This document shows positions 1 to 7,408 of a stretch of 12,876 bases of DNA, one piece after another. The DNA lies in the NCBI GenBank assembly GCA_046761065.1, contig JBHIFL010000098.1, forward strand, positions 1-12,876, written 5' to 3'. The position numbers were made by a program, and so were the translations under genes. The stretch's first letter is position 1. Every line of letters starts with the position of its first letter. Under the pieces are notes generated by a model. That model saw nothing but the letters and a program-made list of their open reading frames with translations, was not told where the DNA came from and ran no database searches. The stretch is from Candidatus Heimdallarchaeota archaeon (GTDB lineage Archaea; Asgardarchaeota; Wukongarchaeia; Wukongarchaeales; JBHIFL01).

Positions 1-1968
1 ATTTTTTTGATCTTACTACTTATTTCTATTCGAGGTAAGTATATTTTGATACTTATAGCCCTAGCAGCCGCATTTCTAACGCATCATGTGGCGTTGATTT
101 TTTCCAGTGCGATCATCTTATTTCTCTGTGGCCAGGTAGGTGTAAATATTTATCGAAAAAATTGGGTCTTTTTCACTTCTAAAATTGAAATCAACATGCT
201 TTCACTGAAAAATAAGCGAATAATGGAGCGTTTAACATTAATCATTGAATTTATTGTGTTTGTTCTAAGTTTGGCATTCATCTTGCGTTCTTTGGGTTGG
301 TTTTATACAGATTTTATTTATTATATTCTCTCCAAACTGAAAATGTCCTCTTCTTTTCAAGATTGGCCTAGAATTTCAGTTACACAGACTGTACCGAATT
401 TTCTTACGAGTTTCCAACAAAGAATAACAAATTTCACAATCAATGCTCTTTCTGGTATCATCCCTATATTTTTTCTCGCGCTTATTGGGATTTATGAATT
501 ATTTAAAAATCAACGGCTAAAAAAGGCAGTAGGAGTTTTTGATGGTCTTCTCCTCTCTTGGCTTGTCTTATTGACAGGATTAGGATTGGTTTTTTCACAA
601 AATCCCTATGTTGAGAGGATTTGGGGAGAAATTTCGGTGCCATTAGGTTTCTTCGCAATGAAATCGTTCCCGAGAATAGAACATATTCTAGCAAATAGAA
701 TCAAAGCCGGACTAAATATAGAGAAGATCTTTTTCTACGGATTTTTTCCAATTTTAATCCTTCTGACCTTTAATCCGGGTGTTTCCCCAGTTATATTGAT
801 CGAGATCCCTTCTTCAAGCTCAGAATTATTCTCATTATTCAGAAAAATAGGGTTAAGCTATTTAAAGCACATTGTCATTTTTTCTGCCCTCACCTATGCT
901 TTCTATAAGATATTAGTTAGGGTGCTACGAAACCGAACCACCACCGAACAAAACCACTCATTCACCCTAATCTTTATCCTGATTCTTGTGGGGAGCACTT
1001 TCGCCATGAATATAGAGTTTTTACCACCAAATGAAGTGCGATTCAAGCCTTCCGACCTACAAGCCGCAGATTGGCTCGCTTTACATTGTTCACCACCATT
1101 TACAATTTTGTATGCCCATGCACTGCATCCAACAACATTGTGGCTTTCATATTACTTGCATAATTATGCAATCAAAACATTTGTATCACCATTCAATCCT
1201 GGGGACTTCGAACAATGGATAAATGGATTTCCGTACCTGTGGTACGATATTTCCTCAAAAGGTTCAGTTACTGCTTCTTTTGATTACTTTAGTGGAGAGC
1301 AAAGCCTGAACTTGACAAGTGGCGATGACAAGTCTGTAGCAGTTTCTCATGAATTCCTGATACGAAGTCGACGTCAAGATTTCTTCCGAAACGACCTAAA
1401 CAACATTACGGCATCTATTTGGGTCAAGATAATTACAGAGAGTAGTGTGGCTGTTCCATTTGTTCGAATTGAAAGTGCGGTAGAGGGAATTAATGAATCC
1501 ATTTCATTGCTTTTGATGTCAAATGTTTTGGATGAATCTGAGCTGCCAGAAGAAGATGTATATTCCCGAATCACGCCTGTAATAAAACAGAGTTGGACAC
1601 ACATAAGCCTTAATGTGAGCAAGTATTGGTCAGAGAATTATCATGCAACACTTCCTGCACGAATGCGAGTGATTCTTGGAATAAAAAATCATGGGAATTT
1701 AGAAGAACCGACTATTGTCTTGTTTGATAACTTTTCGGTCAATTCTGGAGTTGAGAATATCGAGTACCCTCTTAATTCTTTATTGCAAGACGGTAGGCGG
1801 AACAGTGTTACAACACAATATATCTTTCTTGGCAGCAACACCACCATAAATCTCCCCTATGGCTATATTTCCTATGTTTCAAGGGAATTTTTCTCAGGAC
1901 CGGCGTTTAAAAGAGTATTTCAGGATGGGACATCAGAAATATACATGTATAAGGATAAATCCCAATAA
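1..1968 (+). CDS. 5'-truncated polytopic membrane protein, GT-C-like, with an extracellular C-terminal domain containing an inserted CBM4/9-like beta-sandwich
   Basis: The frame is open from base 1 (ATT TTT TTG ATC), so the TTG at 7 is probably not the start. Many hydrophobic helices, with FLTHH and YVERIW motifs typical of archaeal GT-C-like membrane proteins. 'DLQAADWL' opens the soluble domain and 'RVFQDGTSEIY' closes it. Stop TAA at 1966-1968. Confidence 0.75.
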   Translation: MFLILLLISIRGKYILILIALAAAFLTHHVALIFSSAIILFLCGQVGVNIYRKNWVFFTSKIEINMLSLKNKRIMERLTLIIEFIVFVLSLAFILRSLGWFYTDFIYYILSKLKMSSSFQDWPRISVTQTVPNFLTSFQQRITNFTINALSGIIPIFFLALIGIYELFKNQRLKKAVGVFDGLLLSWLVLLTGLGLVFSQNPYVERIWGEISVPLGFFAMKSFPRIEHILANRIKAGLNIEKIFFYGFFPILILLTFNPGVSPVILIEIPSSSSELFSLFRKIGLSYLKHIVIFSALTYAFYKILVRVLRNRTTTEQNHSFTLIFILILVGSTFAMNIEFLPPNEVRFKPSDLQAADWLALHCSPPFTILYAHALHPTTLWLSYYLHNYAIKTFVSPFNPGDFEQWINGFPYLWYDISSKGSVTASFDYFSGEQSLNLTSGDDKSVAVSHEFLIRSRRQDFFRNDLNNITASIWVKIITESSVAVPFVRIESAVEGINESISLLLMSNVLDESELPEEDVYSRITPVIKQSWTHISLNVSKYWSENYHATLPARMRVILGIKNHGNLEEPTIVLFDNFSVNSGVENIEYPLNSLLQDGRRNSVTTQYIFLGSNTTINLPYGYISYVSREFFSGPAFKRVFQDGTSEIYMYKDKSQ

Positions 1969-2017
1969 TATACGCTTAAGTGGTCTAACAACCTTATGAG
2001 CCTCCCAATAGAGAGGA

Positions 2018-4786
2018 ATGGACCTATCCACTATGCTAAGAGAAGCTCCTAAAGGAATATATTCCGAAAATTCCCATGATATTGAAAAGTCAGAATGCCA
2101 GAAAATAGTGTTTAACTTACTAATCAGTCTCTTTTCACTTACCTCAATTTTGCTTCTGGGAGTTACTGGTCAAACTATACCGCTATGGAATTGGAGTTAT
2201 GGCCTTGTATTTGTCTTCTTCCTTCCCGGATATGCCATTTGGTCTGTTTTTGAGAAAGAAGCTCAAATTGAAAGACCTATTTGGCTGCTAAGGAACATAG
2301 GATTGAGCATTCTTGTTACAATCTTTACGACTTTCGTTTTAGGCCTTTTCTATGCGATCCGATTTCTTAATGTAATGCTCAGCATTGTTTTGCTCACATT
2401 CATTGTAAACTCAATCCATTTTTGGAGAAATAGATATAGATTCCTCCTTTTTTTGAAGACCCTCCGAATGCGAATAGGTTTCATTGATCTATGCTCAGGG
2501 ACCAGAATGACCTTTTCAGGCTGGATATTAATCCTAATTTTATTCCTAAATGTGGTTTTAAAGACATGGATGGCAGTTTCGAATGGAATATGGCGCGATG
2601 GACCATTTCATGCAATGATTGCACAACAAATTGTAAAAAATGAAAGTCTCGTGAGTTTTTCTCCATTTAATGTTGTTGAAGTAGTAGAAGGTGAAAAATC
2701 TTACTGGCCAGTCACATATCCGCCGGCATATCACCTTTTGTTGGCTATAATGTATATGTTGGGAGGAGAGATGGGTATTTTGTTCTTATCCCCCTTAATA
2801 AGCAGTTTTTCGATTTTAGGGGTTTATATAATTGCAAAAAATTACTTTGGAACCAAAATTGGGATTTTGACCGCTGGTTTCTTTTCGACCGACACCGTGA
2901 CCGCTTTTGTCTCTGTATCTGTATATATGGATATTCTGGTCTTCTTTTTTACTATTCTCGCCATTATCGAATTCGAAAATTTGCTGGGTTCCAATAGGAG
3001 GTTCTCTCCGGTCTGGGCGGGATTATGGCTGGGAATGTTGGGCAGTCTCAAACAGACAGGTATTCTCACGGCTTTTAGCTTAGTAGTTTATGGATTTGTT
3101 CTTGTTGGCTCTGAGCTTAAATCAAAGAAGGATAGACGAAAACTGAAACAGGTATTGACAGCAATAATAATCGCAATTGGATTGGCTTTCCCATTTCTCC
3201 TATATCAATTTACGACTTTTGGGAGCCTTTTGTACCCACCATTCTCCATTCCCCTCATGAAAGAAAAATGGACAATTGATTCGGAGTCTGCGGCTTATTT
3301 ACAGCGATTTCAACCAGAATACAAAAAACCAATTTATGATATTTTATATGAAATGCTGCTTTACCCATTTCCGTTAACGATATGGGGAGAAATTGCTAGT
3401 GCCGTAATAGGTGGCCTAACATTACTAGGGCTCTTGTATACGATCAAGAACAAAAGGAGAACATACCTAACGGAATTCCTCGTGCTTTCAAGTGTTACTC
3501 TAGGATTTATTGTCCTCTTCAGACTTGCTATTCCACGCTATTTCTTGTTTTTAAGGGCATTCTCTGCAATTTTCGTTATTCAAGGCACTCACCAGATGCA
3601 AGAGTTCTTAACGATACCATATATAACTCGGTGGATGAAAATCAATCTGCCAATAGAAAACAGAAGAAAAAGGGTGACAAGTTACTTCTTTTTCTCCTTT
3701 GTATGTTTTTCTTTGATATATCTGATCACTATGGAAATCTCCATTGGAAATGCCTCGGATCGAATTGGGGATAGGATGATCCAAGGCCGAATTGCTGCAT
3801 ATCAGCAAGCAGGTCTGTGGGTTCAACAAAATACTCCCCCAAATGTGTTAATTCTCGGTGGACGAGCACATGAAGTTGCATATTATACACAGAGAGACAC
3901 ACTGTGGATATTTTGGTTTGGTGCACATAATGTTCCCAAGATATTCCATGCGCGAACTGCACAAGAGGCTCTAACCTACTTAGCTATGTATAAAATTGAT
4001 TACATTTGGTTAGATCGACTCCAAGTGGCAAACGGATTCTATGAACTCATTCCACTCCATGGATTAACTGATATCATTGGATTTAGTCCATTCTTTGAGA
4101 AAGTATTTGAAAATAACATTACACGAATTTTCCATGTAAACTATTTTCCCACATCGCCGATCTTAACAAGGATCCACTATTATGGAGCATTCCTTGGAGG
4201 TCCTCATGATTTCGACACATATCAAATCATTAAACTGAATGATACACGCAGTTGGACGAAGACTAAGGAGGGGATAGGACGTAATTTAGAGTCAGGTTCG
4301 ATTGGTTTCATAGAAGTCCAAGTGGATCCTACCGAATTCGATTTAATCGATGGAAACATCTCCTCCATCCACAGTTCCATAACATTCTATTATCGAGACA
4401 CATTCGAGGGAACTATTCAAATAAATGTGTTCGATTCAGGAGGACAATATTCAAAATTACTAGAAATAACCGGAAAGAAAAGTGGTTTAATACATAAGAT
4501 TACGGCTATTCACACAGGAGTCTATTTAAGCCACATTTGGAGAAAAGAAATTTATGGTGAGGAGATCTTCTCAGGTTCCATTGTATACAAAATACAGAAT
4601 GTGCATAACTCTGCATTTCCACTTCTTGGAGTGCTACTCATTCCAGGGGAGGTCGACCTTGGTTCTATCCCAGATATGGTGGGAGATGTGACTCCAATAG
4701 GAGATCCAAGTGTTTATGCTCTCACAAAGATTGATAGTGATATAATCGACTCCAAAAGTCTGATATATTTGGATGAAACGCCTTAA
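2018..4786 (+). CDS. GT-C fold glycosyltransferase (ArnT/PMT-like, GT39/GT83-like) with N-terminal DUF1616-like region and C-terminal extension, 922 aa
   Basis: N-terminal 'VFFLPGYA...ER...NIGLS' (DUF1616-like). First-loop acidic motif WRDGPFH, then YPPAYH, VYMD, LGSLKQTG and IPRY. Soluble domain 'AGLWVQQNTPPN...YYTQR...IDYIW...FEKVFEN'. The start could alternatively be the ATG at 2033. Confidence 0.82.
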   Translation: MDLSTMLREAPKGIYSENSHDIEKSECQKIVFNLLISLFSLTSILLLGVTGQTIPLWNWSYGLVFVFFLPGYAIWSVFEKEAQIERPIWLLRNIGLSILVTIFTTFVLGLFYAIRFLNVMLSIVLLTFIVNSIHFWRNRYRFLLFLKTLRMRIGFIDLCSGTRMTFSGWILILILFLNVVLKTWMAVSNGIWRDGPFHAMIAQQIVKNESLVSFSPFNVVEVVEGEKSYWPVTYPPAYHLLLAIMYMLGGEMGILFLSPLISSFSILGVYIIAKNYFGTKIGILTAGFFSTDTVTAFVSVSVYMDILVFFFTILAIIEFENLLGSNRRFSPVWAGLWLGMLGSLKQTGILTAFSLVVYGFVLVGSELKSKKDRRKLKQVLTAIIIAIGLAFPFLLYQFTTFGSLLYPPFSIPLMKEKWTIDSESAAYLQRFQPEYKKPIYDILYEMLLYPFPLTIWGEIASAVIGGLTLLGLLYTIKNKRRTYLTEFLVLSSVTLGFIVLFRLAIPRYFLFLRAFSAIFVIQGTHQMQEFLTIPYITRWMKINLPIENRRKRVTSYFFFSFVCFSLIYLITMEISIGNASDRIGDRMIQGRIAAYQQAGLWVQQNTPPNVLILGGRAHEVAYYTQRDTLWIFWFGAHNVPKIFHARTAQEALTYLAMYKIDYIWLDRLQVANGFYELIPLHGLTDIIGFSPFFEKVFENNITRIFHVNYFPTSPILTRIHYYGAFLGGPHDFDTYQIIKLNDTRSWTKTKEGIGRNLESGSIGFIEVQVDPTEFDLIDGNISSIHSSITFYYRDTFEGTIQINVFDSGGQYSKLLEITGKKSGLIHKITAIHTGVYLSHIWRKEIYGEEIFSGSIVYKIQNVHNSAFPLLGVLLIPGEVDLGSIPDMVGDVTPIGDPSVYALTKIDSDIIDSKSLIYLDETP

Positions 4787-5130
4787 TGAGATGTATTATG
4801 ATCTCAAATGGAGTGGATGGATGCTTAGATGATGTTATAGGGTTGAGTTAAACGATCTTAACATTAGAGGCAAACCATTGATTAATTGTATATTTGAAGC
4901 AATACCTACACTTTTGTCGAATGTACTTAATTACTGTGAACTCACATATATTATGCTGGAATTGCACTAACAGCTTTGCTACTAGTGGAATCCATTTTGA
5001 GGGTCATTAATTGAAAACAAATAGTGCTCAAAGTCCTGATGGAGCTTGGTAGCCGTAGAAATAGAAGAAATCGATATTGTTAGGAATCATCAATCTGAAA
5101 TATAGATAAAATTCACATAAAAGAGATACC

Positions 5131-5137
5131 AAGGTGA
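5131..5137 (+). promoter_or_regulatory. Shine-Dalgarno motif AAGGTGA (archaeal type) 5 nt upstream of in-frame CTG 5143
   Basis: AAGGTGA at 5131-5137, then ACTGA, then CTG, the first codon after the in-frame TGA at 5140-5142. Confidence 0.55.
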
Positions 5138-5142
5138 ACTGA

Positions 5143-7281
5143 CTGTCCCAAAAAGATATAACAAGCAAATTTAAAAAATTAATATCACAGCTGAATACAT
5201 TAGATCATAAAAAACGATACATATTATACTTTGTACTACTCTTTATTAGTTATACTCCGAGTTTTTTGAACCCCAGTTCATCCCTATCAAGGCTTTTACT
5301 GCCTTTTTTTTTGTTATTTTTTCCCGGATATTCATTAACTCGTTTATTTTTAAAAAAAGGATCATTTTTAGACAGAATTATAATTAGTTATGGCTTCAGT
5401 ATTTTGTTAAATGTGTTTATATTCCACAGTATCATGATCATTCGTAATAACGCCCAAGATCTAATGTTTAACTACCTATTTCTCATCACTACATTGAGTA
5501 TAACCGCTATCCCTCTTTATTTTAGTTATTCTCGTGGAAAGAACATCAACAGATTAGATCAAAAGACAAAAGCGGCACAAAAACCTTTCTTTGAACATCT
5601 TGACATCGTATTAGTTGGAGGTATAATGTTCGTCATCTTTTTCATTCAAATACTAGTTATTGAAATTCCAAATCGCGCGTTAGACGAATATGCATATATC
5701 TATATTGCAAGAAACCTTACAGTCGACAATACAAATTTCATGGCAACCCCACCTTGGCTCAATAAAGAGAGGTTCGTGCCAAGATATGTTTTCATAACAC
5801 TGATAGCCGTCTTCTGTTCCTTCTTTGGGTTTGAATTCGAGTCTGCAGAACTCGTAATAATCGCCTCGAATATCATGTTAATTCCTGTTGTATTCTCTTT
5901 CACATCAACCTTCTATGACAAAAAAGTTGGCAGTGTGGCAACTCCTCTTATAGCTGTTAATCCAGTGTTCTGGCTGTTGAGTATTCGCATCTATCCAGAT
6001 ATCACAGTTACGGTCTTTTCCTGGGCAAGTTTTTATTTTCTTCTGAAAGCTCTAAAGAATGCAGAAAAAGATTTAATCGCTCTAAAATATGTGATATTGT
6101 CATTCCTCTTTCTCTTATTGGCGCTCTTCACAAAAAATACTGCAATTTTACTTATTCCAGCTTTTTTACTTCTATTTTTTGTCTACACCAAGAATCAAAT
6201 TACAAGAAGGGAAAAAAACTTTTTTTCTTTTTATATTCCGCTCCTCATGATCAGCGTAAGTATTGTCATATCCTTATTGCGTTTTTGGCCTGATATAATA
6301 GCTTCTATTGAATACTTCTCTACGAAAGGTGAAGGTTGGAGCCTCAAAGCAATTTATGACACCATGATTAATCCACTTGGCCCCATTTCCCAATTTTCTG
6401 TCTTAATTCTAGTTGGAATATTCTTAACCCTAAAATCAGAATCAGTATGGGATAAACGAAATATGACCATCCTTGTAGTAGCATGGGCAGGTTATGTACT
6501 ATTTTTCCTTATTTACCCTCATTTTATGCCAGATAAACGTCACGTTTTCTCTCAACAAGTCAGTGCCACAATCATTGCAGCTTTTGGAATAGTATCTATC
6601 TCCAAACAACGGAAACTTTGGAAAATATCACTTCCCGTTCTAATTCTAGCTCATATCATTGATGAAAGCCTAACATGGAAGGGCACTCGCCAATCTTCAA
6701 TCCTAATTGAAGCATTACTCCTAATAATAACCCTGATTTTTCTGGAAGAAGGGATCCGAAGAACAGCTCAGAAAAATACGCTTACTACACATTCCTTTCA
6801 AACAGCAATTCTCCTAGGACTAACTCTTTTGGCTTTTGCTAATGCTGCATTTCTGGACAGATACAATGTAACATGGGAGGAGCAAGTTCGAGATGAAAGT
6901 AGAGTTCAAGCAGCCTTTTTCCTTAAAAATATAGGAAGATGGTTTAAGTCGCATAAAATAGGAAATGAATCTATAATGACGAACGCTTATGCGACATTGC
7001 CATATTATGCTGGATTTGTACCAGTTTACATACCTCCAGAAGTTGAAACTGAATTCTTAAGCTGTTTAAACCAAAAAAATATAACATTTCTCGTCCTTTT
7101 TTGGGGAACCCGCTCATTCCTACGCCATGTCTTAGGAGGGAAAACGATCCCAGATGAGGCACCCTATCTTGAAAAGTACGTTTGGAACCCTCTCCCAAAT
7201 GCAAGACTGGTCTATTCAGATAAAACCCAAACGTTAGAAAACAAAGAAGTTGGTGTAGTCATTTTTAAAATCGATATATAA
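5143..7281 (+). CDS. GT-C fold glycosyltransferase (ArnT/PMT-like) with N-terminal DUF1616-like region; 712 aa if started at CTG 5143 (ORF track: TTG 5266, 671 aa)
   Basis: LLFFPGY...DRIIISYGFS N-terminus, ALDEYAY first-loop DE motif (5683-5688), RIYPD, LALFTKN, PDKRH, and soluble domain 'GRWF...IMTN...LPYYAG'. The frame is open 41 codons upstream of 5266, and the extension aligns with the N-terminus of paralogue 7409-9505. Confidence 0.82.
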   Translation: MSQKDITSKFKKLISQLNTLDHKKRYILYFVLLFISYTPSFLNPSSSLSRLLLPFFLLFFPGYSLTRLFLKKGSFLDRIIISYGFSILLNVFIFHSIMIIRNNAQDLMFNYLFLITTLSITAIPLYFSYSRGKNINRLDQKTKAAQKPFFEHLDIVLVGGIMFVIFFIQILVIEIPNRALDEYAYIYIARNLTVDNTNFMATPPWLNKERFVPRYVFITLIAVFCSFFGFEFESAELVIIASNIMLIPVVFSFTSTFYDKKVGSVATPLIAVNPVFWLLSIRIYPDITVTVFSWASFYFLLKALKNAEKDLIALKYVILSFLFLLLALFTKNTAILLIPAFLLLFFVYTKNQITRREKNFFSFYIPLLMISVSIVISLLRFWPDIIASIEYFSTKGEGWSLKAIYDTMINPLGPISQFSVLILVGIFLTLKSESVWDKRNMTILVVAWAGYVLFFLIYPHFMPDKRHVFSQQVSATIIAAFGIVSISKQRKLWKISLPVLILAHIIDESLTWKGTRQSSILIEALLLIITLIFLEEGIRRTAQKNTLTTHSFQTAILLGLTLLAFANAAFLDRYNVTWEEQVRDESRVQAAFFLKNIGRWFKSHKIGNESIMTNAYATLPYYAGFVPVYIPPEVETEFLSCLNQKNITFLVLFWGTRSFLRHVLGGKTIPDEAPYLEKYVWNPLPNARLVYSDKTQTLENKEVGVVIFKIDI

Positions 7282-7408
7282 CCAAACTCATCCTAATCAG
7301 TTCATTAATTGAAATAAAAAGAAATGGAAACTTCTTTTGCAACTTAATTAACCATTGTTTGCATATAGATTTACACAATGGGATAATTGTTGGTTAGGTT
7401 ATCACTTC

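Noticed and set aside
4786-4851. 21-codon ORF (MRCIMISNGVDGCLDDVIGLS) overlapping the upstream stop via TAATG
   Set aside because: Too short and featureless. TAATGA is equally explained as tandem stop codons.
4948-4966. 17/19 match to 7002-7020 (YYAG codons) followed by a short hydrophobic frame, suggesting a decayed GT-C copy
   Set aside because: The similarity does not extend on either side, and a match this short is plausible by chance in AT-rich DNA.
5134-5142. In-frame GTG-AAC-TGA suggesting TGA recoding (Sec/Trp)
   Set aside because: The epimerase gene ends in TGA, no other gene has an internal TGA, and GGTGA is better explained as the SD for CTG 5143.
5304-5312. T9 tract near the 5' end of a GT gene (also A8 at 12788-12795) as phase-variation sites
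   Set aside because: They encode Phe/Leu and Lys runs expected in AT-rich genes, and the frames are intact. Read-level length variation would be needed.
7282-7408. Bidirectional hairpin terminator between the convergent genes
   Set aside because: No strong GC stem is visible, only short T-runs on both strands, so no specific site can be called.
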